The translations under genes were made by a program, and so were the position numbers. A DNA stretch of 64,000 bases from Eledone cirrhosa (lineage: Eukaryota), in assembly GCA_964016885.1 (NCBI GenBank), contig OZ024744.1, positions 90,210,001 to 90,274,000 of the forward strand, in the 5' to 3' direction. The notes beneath the pieces are model-generated. The model had not been told where the DNA came from. It saw only the letters and a list, made by a program, of their open reading frames with translations, and made no database searches. Shown here one piece after another: positions 1 to 13,858 of the stretch (its first letter is position 1; each line of letters begins with the position of its first letter).

Positions 1-393
1 CCACAACATCCAGGCCGAAACAAATGAGATCGTGTAGGTGTCACGACAAAAAACACACAGTCCACGCTGTAAATGTGGCCGTGTAGGCAACACGGTAAAA
101 ACCTCCCAGCCCCACACTGTAAATGTGGTTGGTGTTAGGAAGGGCATCCAGCTGTAGAAAACCCGCCAGACAGTCCACGCTGTAATGTGGCCGTGTAGGC
201 AACACGGTAAAAACCTCCCAGCCCCACACTGTAAATGTGGTTGGTGTTAGGAAGGGTATCCAACTGTAGAAAACCCGCCAGACAGTCCTATGCGAGCAAG
301 ACAACCACTCTTGCCTCAAGTGGGAAAACCCCCGTCCAAACCCATGCAAGCGTGGAACACGGACGCTAAACCTGATGATGATGATGATGATGA
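1..393 (+). mobile_element. RTE-LINE 3'UTR fragment with internal tandem duplication and (GAT)n tail
   Basis: Matches the 3'UTR of the LINE at 22020-22293; near-identical to 57457-57848. Confidence 0.8.
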
Positions 394-394
394 C

Positions 395-660
395 TTCATT
401 TTTGTATATGTTTTGCAAGATTTCTTATCTGAAAATGTGTGTTGAAACAGATATTATTATACTTTGGAACGGTCGTGCTGCCAATAAAAAACACACACCC
501 CTGTTGGTATTTCACTTCAATTTATTACAAATTTCCAGTTGGATGTTTATTTATTGTCAAAGCTCTTTTGTCACACATTCTGTGACTTCCTCAGTGACTG
601 ATTTGTTATTTTGTGTCTCAAAGAGCTTTGACAATAAATAAACAACCATCTTGTTATTAA
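395..660 (-). mobile_element. Solo Penelope-like terminal repeat (pLTR) with degenerate hammerhead motif
   Basis: Clear similarity to 7075-7330, the 3' end of the PLE. Minus strand reads gtca-CTGAGGA-agtcaca..tgtgac-aAAA-gagctt-tgac; short inverted copy at 617-650. Confidence 0.65.
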
Positions 661-815
661 ACACTCACACACACATATGGACACATATTTTAATATATAT
701 TTATATACACAGTGGGTGTGGTAAGATACTAGGTGGACCATAATGCACTAGAGTACTCAATACCTAGGGTAGTAGAGTGGGTAATAGGAAAAGAGTCGGG
801 GTCCTGACTCTTTTC

Positions 816-853
<38 letters not shown>

Positions 854-1269
854 GAGGAGAGAGGTTAGATATTGTTGGGGAAATATGCCTTCGAAATAAC
901 AAATGAGCACTTAGAAATTAAATTAAGAGAAAATGACCAAACATTTGGAGTTATTTCATAAAATGTTTAACTTTTTCATTTGTAAGCTGATATTTAGATG
1001 GTTAACAAAATTTACTAAAATTATGTTGTGACGAAAGGTTTTAATATAAGGATAAACAATTTAAATTGGACAATTTTGTATCATGAATCCAGAATACTTT
1101 CAGGCAGTTTGGTACCAAATGGCATACTCTATATTTACTAGTGTATTTTCACGGTAAAGGCTTTATCTCACATAATATCGAATCTATGAGATTTTTATAT
1201 TATTTATTTTGAGAACAAAACGTTCACATCAGTATGAGTGGTCAATTACAGCCAGTTTGAACAGAAAGA

Positions 1270-1854
1270 AGTGAGAGATATCCATTGAGATTGCTCTGCA
1301 CTTTATTTCTTTTAAACAAATGTCATCTTCCATACACATCACATGTCTATACTAGTGCAGTCTTCATTTTTGCACACTGTATCCCATTTCTTTCATGCAG
1401 AATTTTTCTTTCAGCATATTTATGCCACACTGTTCATGTACACTAACATAACACATCCACTGGAGCATACTCACTTAATTTCTTTCTAGCCTTTACTGAT
1501 CTTCTACAATAAAGGACCATGTCCCACTACCATATAACATTACAGTTCATACTCAGGCATCAATGCAATCTACCCTTTAATCTTCGAGAGAAGTTCTTTG
1601 TTGCCAGCAGTACTGGCTTCATGAACTTTTTCAATTCCATTCTAACTGTAGCTTCTAAACTTTCCTCCATCCCCTACTTCAGATTAGGTCATCTAGGTAA
1701 CAGAAGCTGTCAACAACTTATAGGGAGCTGCCTGGGTAATTGATGGAATCTATTTCACATGTGCTCTTAGTGCTTATTTCTCCTGTGCATCTATCACATG
1801 CAAAACCCACCTTTTCTGTTAACCTGGCTGTAATCCTACTACATTTTGTATGCA
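1270..1854 (-). pseudogene. Old degenerate RTE ORF2 fragment
   Basis: Minus strand gives remnants of the HxxC..CxRC finger, VDSFCYL and ..HVMCMEDD motifs seen in the intact copies. Confidence 0.65.
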
Positions 1855-2463
1855 CATGTCATATTAAGTTGAGTTAACAATTTATATGACATAAATAATA
1901 AAAATATAAATATAAGTATCAATATTCATGAATGGGACATAGATATATAATATGAGAAATTAAACATTGTTCAATAATGACCATATGTTTAGTTTAGAAA
2001 CTTGAGATCAATATACCAAAATCTGAGTTCAAAATGTACCCTTGCTATAGAGATTAGTATTTTATGCAAAGACATACAAATATATATGTATATATACATA
2101 CATATAGATACGCACGTCCTGAAAATAGAAATTATGTTTACTCAAGCCAACAATATAGCCATACAAAACGTAAATGATTTCTCATAATCACTGCTATACA
2201 CTCATTGTGTTATAAAAATTTCACAGTATATATATACATAAAATATATATACATAAAATACTAATCTCTATAGCAAGGGTACATTTTGAACTCAGATTTT
2301 GGTATATTGATCTCAAGTTTCTAAACTAAACATATGGTCATTATTGAACAATGTTTAATTTCTCATATTATATATCTATGTCCCATTCATGAATATTGAT
2401 ACTTATATTTATATTTTTATTATTCATGTCATATAAATTGTTAACTCAACTTAATATGACATG
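1855..2463. repeat. Fold-back: 212-bp near-perfect inverted repeat (1855-2066 / 2252-2463)
   Basis: Arms are reverse complements, one mismatch noticed; about 185-bp spacer. Confidence 0.92.
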
Positions 2464-2820
2464 ATGTAAAGTTGTCACTGTCCCCCTCTCTCTATATAGT
2501 ATTTCTCTCTCTTGAGTTTCTCTTTCTGTATGATGACTTGATATCTCTCTGTTGCTTTCCTTTGTTTTTCTTATTCCTTCCTTTTCTTTCTTTTTTATTT
2601 CCTCCTATCTTTATCTATCTCTTTCTTTTCTCCATACATTTCTCTCTCTCTCCGATATTTCTCCAGGTTTTCTTTCTCTTTTCTTTCTCTCCGTCTTTTT
2701 CTAATTATGCTTAACACTATGACTTATTATATAAACAAATCACTATCCAGACAGCCTCCAAAAGTAATAGTTGTATTTTAAAGGGTACGTCAAACCAATT
2801 TGTAAAACTGTTATATATTG

Positions 2821-2887
2821 TATTTTGTCTGATGAAGGCATACTATAATTTAATGTGGTATCCCTGAAATATGTATAATGAAATAAA
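2821..2887 (+). ncRNA. Type I hammerhead ribozyme motif
   Basis: tattttgt-CTGATGA-aggcatactata..tgtggtatccct-GAAA-tatgta-TA-atgaaata. Stems I and II can pair; stem III is minimal. Confidence 0.6.
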
Positions 2888-2934
2888 TATGGTTTTATAA
2901 ATATAGTTTCCCTTTATTAATATCGTATATATAT

Positions 2935-4780
2935 CATCATCATCATCATTTTACGTCCGCTTTTCCCTGCTTGCAAGGGTGGGACGGGTCTTATTCAGCA
3001 CAGCATCTCTCCACTCGTCACGGTCCCTCGTCATCTCCACCGTGAGCTTCAATGATCTGAGGTCTGTTCTCACCACCTCCGCCCATGTTTTTCGTGGTCT
3101 ACCTCTACCACGTCTTCCTTCAACTGGCATTTCCTGGCACTTCTTAACCCATCGGTCATCCTCCATGCGCATCACATGTCCATACCACCTCAGTCTCCTC
3201 TCCCGTACACTACATTCTATTCCTCTCAGACACAGTTTCTCTCTCAACACATTTATGCTGGGTCGTTCACGCACATTTACACTGCACATCCAACGGAGCA
3301 TGTTTGCCTCATTTCTCTCCAGCCGTCGCATATCCTCTGCGGTTGCTGCCCATGTCTCACTACCATGCAGCATCGCGCTCCTCACACAGGCATCATACAA
3401 CCGGCCTTTCGTACGCAGGGAGAAACCCTTCTTCGTCAACAGAGGAAGCAGCTCCCTAAACTTCTTCCAACCCGTCCTTATTCTAGATACTATGGCCTCG
3501 GAACACCCTCCTCCCATGCTAATCTGATCTCCTAGGTACCGGAAGCTATCCACCACTTCTATAGCGCCCTCTCGCATTTGAAAAATGTGTCTATCAGTGC
3601 GACTTCTACTGTCTAATTTCCCTGTACATCTACTGCATACATATTTCTCCCTACCTGTTAGTTTGCCTGCTATCCCGCTACATCTCTTGTGTACCCAGGA
3701 CCTGCATTGTGTGCATTTTATAGAATTTATGCCAGTTCCTTTTCTGCATATCGAACATGGCCATTTCCCTGACGGAATCAGGGTTTTGTCCTCTTTTCTA
3801 CTCATCAACACTTTTGTCTTAGCTAGATTTACTCTCAGTCCTCTTGCTTCCAACTGCTGTTTCCATAGCCGGAATTTATTCTCTAGCTCCTCTACTGATT
3901 CTGCTATAAGAGCCAGATCGTCAGCATAGAGAAGTTCCCATGGACAGCCAGTCTTAAACTCCTCTGTTATGGCTTGGAGGACTATAATGAACAAGAGCGG
4001 GCTGAGGACCGAACCCTGATGTACTCCTACTTGTATCTGGAATTCCTCACTAAACTCCATTCCTACCCTGACTTTACTGAGAGTACCTCTGTACAAAGTT
4101 TGCACTGTCCTCACAAGCCATTCCTCAACACCTAGCTTCCTTAGGGACCACCAAATGACAGATCGGGGTACCCTATCAAAGGCCTTCTCCAGGTCAACAA
4201 AGGCTAAGTATAGTGGCTTATTCTTCTCTAAGAACCTCTCTTGCATTTGTCTCACCAAGAAGAGGGCATCTGTTGTACTCTTCCCAGGCACAAAACCAAA
4301 CTGCATCTCATCTAGTTTGACCCTTTCTCTAATTAGTTGTGCTAATATCCTTTCTGCCACTTTCATAACCTGATCTATCAGTTTTATACCCCTATAATTG
4401 CTCCTCTCCAAAGCATCCCCTTTACCTTTGTAGCAATTTATGAGAATACTGCTGCACCAGTCTTTGGGTATGACACCACCATATATAGCCTGATTGATGA
4501 TGCGTGCAACCAGTTTAGTGCCTACATCCCCTGATACCTTCAGCATCTCAGCAACTATTCCCGATGGTTCGGCCGCCTTACCATTTTTCATTTCCCTAAT
4601 CGCCTCTTGGACCCTACATTCGTCAATCTCAATAGCTGGTCCCTCTGTCGGATCTACCAAGGGTAATTTCTCTCTCTCCCATTTGTTCTCCACATTCATC
4701 AGTCTCTCATAATGACATTTCCAGGCCTCCTTTTTCTGGTCATTTGTGACACTAAGTACACCGGCATCATCCCGGATACA
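2935..4780 (-). mobile_element. RTE-clade LINE (family A), 5'-truncated, open RT ORF 2951-4699, (GAT)n tail
   Basis: RT motifs DLEKAFD, QGSVLSPLLF, YADD, YLG; RTE C-terminus RLRWYGHV..GRPRKTW; flanked by (TA)n. Confidence 0.95.
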
Positions 4781-4794
4781 TTTATCTCTCTCTA

Positions 4795-6935
<2,141 letters not shown>

Positions 6936-7017
6936 ACGTGTTTTGCAACGGGTCACTTTGTGGCTCAATGAAAAGTTAATAAATTAAATAATCAGGTGAT
7001 TCTATAGACATGTTTTA

Positions 7018-7061
<44 letters not shown>

Positions 7062-7069
7062 GTTTATAT

Positions 7070-10000
7070 ATGTTTCGTTTCTGAATTTGTTTAGCAAGAT
7101 TCTTTATCTGAAAACGTGTGTTGAAACCGATATTGTTATACTTTGGGAGGGTCATGTTGCCAATAAGAAACACACACACCAGTTGCTTTCACTTCAATTT
7201 ATTATAATAAATTTATAAATTTAGGAATTTATAAATTTCCGGTTGGTTGGTTGGTTCCACAACCAGATGATTGTTTATATATTGTCAAAGTTCTTTCGTC
7301 ACACATTCTGTGACCTCTTCAGTGACTGGGGATTCTTTTCTTTGTTTTTGTGCCTCTCCTTTGTTCTGTCCTACGTCATCTTGTTTTTGTGTGTGTGTTG
7401 TGAGCTTAGTTTGTGCATGTGTTACATCTGGGTGTCTGTGTGTGTTTATATTCGTTTATTTATTTGTTTATTTACATGTTACTGATTGGTTGTTTGTTCT
7501 ATGTGCGTGTGCGTTTTCATTTTGTCCTTAATTGTAAGTTGTGATGTTGCTGTTCCATTCATATTTTCTATTTAATTTTGGTTGGAGTTCATTTATGTTT
7601 ATTGCCTCTGTGATTTGTCTAAACATTGCGTCTTTTCTGTGTGTAGATTCTATTTTTATTTCTATGTTCTCTAATTTACCCTTATGTTCTATTTTAGCAT
7701 GTTGGTAGAGTACAGATGATTCTTTACTATCTTGAAGATCTTGCCAGTGTTCATTTATTCGTTCCCCTATACTACGAGCTGTCTCACCTATGTACACTAT
7801 ATTTTTATCTTTACATTGTCCTTCAGTACATCTTATGCTATATACTACATTTCTAGTTTTACAGTTAATATGGGGGCTTAATTTACAGATTATATATTTC
7901 TTATCTATACAGGGAGGTCTTCGAAAAGGGTATGTATTGCTAATAAGTGTTTTTATGGAGGTTCCTGGTCTTTCTACTATCTTAATATTGAGTTTATGTT
8001 TATCTAGGGCCCTTCTAAATTTGTAAGCTAATTCACCTCTAGGGATTGTATCGATGAACATTACACTCTGGTATTTATTGCTATCATACCATGAGTTTAT
8101 TCTATTAGCCTTATTCCTAGTTCTTTCTATTCTATTCCAAAACTTGCTCCTATACAAGGGACAGGTCCCAATTGTGTCATTATTTACCATTTTTTCCCAT
8201 TTGGTTCTGGCTTTTATCTCTCTGATTGTAACCAGAGAACTGCATATGGTGGATGAAGTGTTGTATGTGTCTCTCTAGTTCTTTGGGGTTGCATATGCGG
8301 GACACGTTTCTCATCACCCGTACCAAATCCGCAATCAGTATGTTGATTTTGGTATGGTCCGACTGAGTTTCGGTGGATCAGATATTTGGAAATCATGGGT
8401 TTGGCATAATGGGAATGGAGGATTTGTTTTTTGTTATTAATGGTATCTAACCAGAGCTCTGTGTCTAGTACAGGTAATCGATGGTTGGGGTGTTTGCTTG
8501 GGTAGTCTATAGTAACTCTAATACTCTGGTGGATGGAGTTAGCTATTTGCTGGATGCTTTCCATTGTGTTTTTCTCTAATTCCAGACTGTTCTCTAGCGG
8601 GGGTGTTTTTACTATGATGTTTATATCATCAACATAGCGGGAGTACATTATCAGGGTTAAGGGGTCTTCTAATTGTTCTTTAAGTTTAAGGTCCCACCAT
8701 ACCATGAATAGGTTAACTATGTCGCCTGCAATGCTAACACCAATGTCTGCTCCCTCCTCTTGGGCATATGTTTTTCCATTAAATTTGAACATATGTTCCT
8801 TAAGGGTTAATTTTATGCTGGCCCCCACCGCATGTGCAATCATTTTCTTTAGTTCATCGTGGTTTTCGGGGCTCCGTATGGCTCTGGTCCACCCGTTCCA
8901 TCTATCTGTGTGGGTTTTCTTGGGCATTGAGGTAATGGTAGGTGGTCTGCCTCTTGCTGGTCTTGTAGGGCACAGGTTGCTAAGGCCATATGTGTCTAGA
9001 TAATTATTACTATAGGTAAGTTTAAGTAGGAGTCCCAGCTCACTGGTATCAATCCCACGGAATTCAACATTGCTCTCACTGATCCTTTCTACGCATTTCT
9101 CCACAGCAAAATCCACGTCAATAGATGGATACAGGGACACAACATCCATACTACCTATTATGCAGTTTGTTAGATCCCTAGATCGGTTACTCTCGCCGAT
9201 TCTGCTGAGGAGGTCCTCCGTGCTGTCATATACATCTAGGGACATTTCAATGATGGGGCGTATGATCAGGGAGAGGAAGTAGGAAAGTTTGTAGTTACTA
9301 GCAATGTTAGCTCCACAGACTGGCCATGTTGGTGGTCCTGTGACAGGGTCACTGTTCGTTTTATGGTCTTTTCGAAGCCCATACAACGCTGGCACATCAT
9401 TGTTCCAGGAAGTTGTTGGCAGTCCTTTTGTTGGGCTGCATTATATTTTGTCCACATCATCATATGGGCATTGAGGGCTTTTTCCCTATCCTCATGCTCT
9501 TGTGGTGTTACTTCTCTTGTGTTAGTGATGTGGGGTTGCATTGCCTGGATGTAGTTTGGCAGACTGTCAACTCACATTCTGCCAGACTTGTCGGTTGGAA
9601 AGCATGCTATCTCTCCATTACGCGAGCGCTGCATGAGCTTACGCAAGCCATTTGCAGATTTTTCTCCCAGTTGTTGGGCCTCCATTCTATTATGCTTCTT
9701 GCTATACTGTTCTATAATATTTCTAAGTTTAGATCTAGATATACTAAATTGTGCTTCTGTTTGTTCATCGACCTGCGATGGCAATTGCGTGCGTTTGTTA
9801 AAAGCTAAAGTCGTGGCGTGGACTCGTCGCAGGTCGAACGACTTATCGGAAGGATTATAAAAAGTAGAGTTCCAGGCTGCTGCTTTATGTGTACTAATGC
9901 TATTGTTATTGTTAGTTGTGTTGTTTCTATTTCTATTTCCACCAACAGCCTCGTGGTTGATTCTATGTCTCTCATTATTACTCCTGTCTCTTTCCTCTGG

Positions 10001-10110
10001 CTCATTGTTATTATCTACTCTATTTTGTGTGTCTGTGTGTTCGTCCTGGTTATTTTCTCTGTCCATAATCTCCCTCCTCTTTTCAATCCTATTACCTTCC
10101 CTTATTTCTG
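7070..10110 (-). mobile_element. Penelope-like element (RT + GIY-YIG), frameshifted, with 3' terminal repeat
   Basis: PLE RT: DKSG, LYGLRKDHK, SMDVVSLYPSI, RYVDD, LPVLD. GIY-YIG: NVVYSIRC..YIGETARSIGERINEH..EA..I. Split over ORFs 9572-10110, 8214-9395 and 7528-8190. Confidence 0.92.
7280..7328 (-). ncRNA. Minimal hammerhead ribozyme in PLE terminal repeat
   Basis: Minus strand gtca-CTGAAGA-g-gtcaca-gaatg-tgtgac-GAAA-gaac-TT-tgac; minimal HHRs are an established feature of PLE pLTRs. Confidence 0.65.
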
Positions 10111-10231
10111 TGCTGCTGTCATTACCTGTTTTCTTGCTACTTATTGCACCTGAACATCGGCCACATATAAAATCTACATTCATAGATAGCTTGCCTGTCA
10201 TACCACTACATCTTTTATATATATATATATA

Positions 10232-10925
10232 CTAGCAGAATGGCCCGGCGTTGCTCGGGATACTAAACATAGATTGGCATGTTTGTCCCTCCTTTCTGAA
10301 ACAGTACAGAGAAGTACGGAATACCTCGGCCTCGGGATGGTATCTACATTTTGTGCTTATAAAAAAAATTCCTTGTAGATTACCAGGGGTTTAACTTAAT
10401 TGGGTGCCTGAGAGTAAAATGTTCAACCCACAAAAACCAAGACGATAGGGTTAAGTAAAAAGGCATTCAACAAACCGAACATGTATTTGTTGTGCTATTG
10501 TACAATGAAAGCAATAGTAAATATTTCGAAAAACGTTGCAACCGAAGGAAAACAGGAACATGATACGTTGGTTCGTGGAAACGTTCCCTGGCAAAGAACG
10601 GAAAATAGTGAAGATAATACGTCAGCAATGAGAACAATATTTGCTCTAGAGTTCTTATATATTTGATATATATTTATCCTTATCGAGCCTTGTGAAATAA
10701 ATACGTTTGTTTATATTTTGTTATTGTGTATGCAAAAATATTTGTACACGAATATAAAATTATATATATATATATTAAAATAACAGATTAAAGTTTAAGC
10801 AAAGAATCGCTGCTTTCACCCTAACGGGATCTTCTGAATCTAAAAAAATCCATCTGTGAACGCAGAAGTAAATATTTCGAAAAAAGTTACACACTATATA
10901 TAAATATATATACACACACTATATA

Positions 10926-10957
<32 letters not shown>

Positions 10958-11233
10958 TAAATAGCGAAGTCAATGTTTTCATAATGCAGACAGCCAGATA
11001 TTATAAGGGTGCAACGTTATAGCTATGTATCTATCTAAAAAGACAGACTAAGCAAGACAGAGAGATCGCTAACCGGCGCCTAATGCGGTCCCTAGGGCAT
11101 TGAAAATTTGAAATATTTTTTGCTCAAAACACTCACACGATCATAAGTATTACATGTGTAAAGTTTGAAAAAAATCGGTTGGGAGGTTCTCGAGTTTTAG
11201 GGAGACAGACATACTCTGTTTTATATATATAGT
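10232..11233 (-). mobile_element. Non-autonomous Helitron
   Basis: Minus-strand 3' end cccgagcaacgccggg hairpin + CTAG|T; 5' end ctatatatataaaa; internal segment shared with other copies. Confidence 0.75.
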
Positions 11234-11626
11234 TCAAGAATAAAATAAACTCAGTCTTATTAAGTTCACGCTTAGGAAGAAGTAAGTGAGGGTTTCAACG
11301 TATTGGATATAAGTTCTTCTTTTGGAAATAGCGAAGTTTCGAAGAGAGAAGGTTTGAACAACAGAGTTTAGATGGTTGGGGAAAAAAAGGTTTTATGATG
11401 GCTAGGGAGTAGTCTGGCATACATGGGTGTGATGGCTGTGGTGGAGAGTCCAAGTGTGTCATGGGTACTATTATGTGTGTGTAGATGGAGTGTATTTCGT
11501 GGGTGTGTGTGTGGTTTGTGTATCGTTGGTGGATGTGTGTGTATGTTTGTGAACTTTTTATATAGTTTTTTGTGTATGTATGTGTGTATATATATGTATG
11601 TCTGAATTCTTCTATATATATATATA

Positions 11627-11935
11627 TCTGTAAAGTTGGTTCCACAACATCCAGTCCAAATAAATGAGATAATGAGATTGAGATCGTGTAGGTGTCACGA
11701 CAAAACACACAGTCCACGCTGTAATGTGGGCATGTAGGTAACACGGTAAAAAGTTCAGTTCCACACTGTAAATGTGGTTGGTGTTAGGAAGGGCATCCAG
11801 CCATAGAAAACCTGACAGATAGTCCTATATGAGCGAGACACGGTCACCCGACCAACCTTGCCTCAAGTGGGACAACTCCTGTCTAACCCATGCTAGCATG
11901 GAAGATGGATGTTAAACGAAGATGATGATGATGAT
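11627..11935 (+). mobile_element. RTE 3'UTR fragment with (GAT)n tail
   Basis: Similar to 62850-63160 and 22020-22293. Confidence 0.75.
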
Positions 11936-12283
11936 ATATATATATATCATCATCATCATCATTTAACATCTATTTTCTATGCTATCATGAGGGAGACAAG
12001 ATGTCCTGTTGTAAGACATTATCAAGTCAGGTGACTGTGTCTTGCTCATGCAGAACTGTTTCTGGCTCGGTTTCAACAGCTGGATGCCCTTCCTAACACC
12101 AACATCATTTACAATGAAAACTGGGTCCTTTTTATCGTGGCACCAACACGACCAACTGGCACTTTTTCATCGTGTCACCAGCATAGCCACCTTACAGGGT
12201 GGGCTACATAGCTTTTGTTGTGTCAGCAACATAACCGCTTTATAAGCTAGACTGGGTGCTTTTGAAAAATGGATGTTAAATCT

Positions 12284-12329
<46 letters not shown>

Positions 12330-12333
<4 letters not shown>

Positions 12334-12639
12334 AATGAAGTAATTCCGTCGGAAAAGTCCAGGAAAAAAGAGTGCTCTATGTAAGCAACAGAGCTTAATT
12401 ATTATTATTATGTAATAAACAACATAAGGCAATTATTCCATTTACCAGTGGTTTCTTAAAAGCAAAAGATTTTGCTTTCAATCCTCAGAATGAAAAAATC
12501 CTGGTTTGTTTATTGAATTTGGATCTTAAAAACAAAAAAAAGCAAGCTATATGAAAGTGAGGCTGGAGAAGGAAGAAGGAAAGGAAAAATAAAAATATAT
12601 TTATATTTGTATACGCGTGCGTGCGTGCGCGCATACACA

Positions 12640-12696
<57 letters not shown>

Positions 12697-12922
12697 GTGT
12701 ATGTGTGGTTGTATGGGTAGTCTTATTTTATTTTTATTTTTCCTTTCCTTCTTCCTTCTCCAGCCTCACTTTCATATAGCTTGCTTTTTTTGTTTTTAAG
12801 ATCCAAATTCAATAAACAAACCAGGATTTTTTCATTCTGAGGATTGAAAGCAAAACCTTTTGCTTTTAAGAAACCACTGGTAAATGGAATAATTGCCTTA
12901 TGTTGTTTATTACATAATAATA
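12330..12922. mobile_element. Fold-back element with ~195-bp inverted arms (12403-12597 / 12729-12922), one hammerhead per arm
   Basis: Arms are near-perfect reverse complements around a (TG)n spacer; related to 57995-58255 and 61195-61280. Confidence 0.8.
12828..12890 (+). ncRNA. Type I hammerhead ribozyme (sense to host pre-mRNA); mirror copy at 12435-12497 on minus strand
   Basis: ttcatt-CTGAGGA-ttgaaagcaaaa.cc.ttttgcttttaa-GAAA-cc.act.gG-TA-aatggaa. Complete core, all three stems, GUA triplet, predicted cut after 12882. Confidence 0.75.
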
Positions 12923-13080
12923 TATATATATATATATATAGATAAATAGGAAAATGTTTAACCCCGACGGCAGAGCTCAAGCCGTTTCGACGGCTATTTC
13001 TGGAGTCCACTCTACTACCCTAAGTATTGAGTACTCTAGTGCGTTATGGTCGATCTGGTTCCTTACCACACTTCCTTCGT

Positions 13081-13117
<37 letters not shown>

Positions 13118-13184
13118 TCACAAACATACATATACACACACCTACACATATATATGCCTTACTATCCTCTTTTCTCTTTTTCAG

Positions 13185-13274
13185 GTAAATGGACAATTTG
13201 GGTATTTTCCAAAAACTTTTGTTCAAGAATACAAAGTGTCTGTTCCACACCCTTTATATATTGTTTCTACGGGG
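13185..13274 (+). CDS. TANGO1: TANGO1/MIA3-like gene, exon A (C-terminal part of MIA-type SH3 domain)
   Basis: Pyrimidine tract + tcag acceptor, gtaagt donor, 90 nt, phase 0-0. Encodes VNGQFGYFPKTFVQEYKVSVPHPLYIVSTG; GYFP is the MIA/TANGO1 SH3 motif. Confidence 0.85.
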
Positions 13275-13433
13275 GTAAGTATATGCGTCTATATACTAAC
13301 AAAATTCTGAATCAAATTGTGTGCTCCTTGTTTTAACTAATGTATTCTTAAACAATCCCTTTTGCTTAAAATAACATTAATAAACACTTGACTGATCCTC
13401 AGTTGTATAGCATCAGCTAGGGGCTGTATTTAA

Positions 13434-13858
13434 CCCTTTAGCATTTAAACTAGCCATATCCGGCCAGAATTCTCTCACCTCTTTCTTTTCAAACTGGCTG
13501 TAACTAACTGCTCATGCAGATGTTAAGGTGTTGTTCTCAGAATAAATAACATCAAAATATCATAGATTCGATATAATTGTTTCTACTTTTGACACAAGGC
13601 CAGCAATCATCCCAGTGTATTACTGGTACTTTATTTTATCGACCCCGTAAGGATGAAAGGCAAAGTTAACCTCAGCAGGATTTGAACTCGGACCATAAAG
13701 GGCCGTAACTCTTTGCTGCAAAGCATGGCGTCCGACCCTCTACCGATACTGCCAATCCACCGCCCTTAAATTCAATATAATGTGAGATAATTATGTGAGG
13801 TAAAGCGTTTACCACAAAAATACAATGGTAAATATAGAGTAATGTAAATGTTAAAGGG
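13434..13858. mobile_element. piggyBac-like MITE containing a nested SINE (13580-13768, minus)
   Basis: TTAA|CCCTTTAGCATTTA ... TAAATGTTAAAGGG|TTAA. Confidence 0.8.

Noticed and set aside
2979-3929. Antisense ORFs over RTE copies (also 5036-5482, 21337-21711, 46332-46919)
   Set aside because: Shadow frames of the RT coding sequence; their recurrence reflects TE copy similarity.
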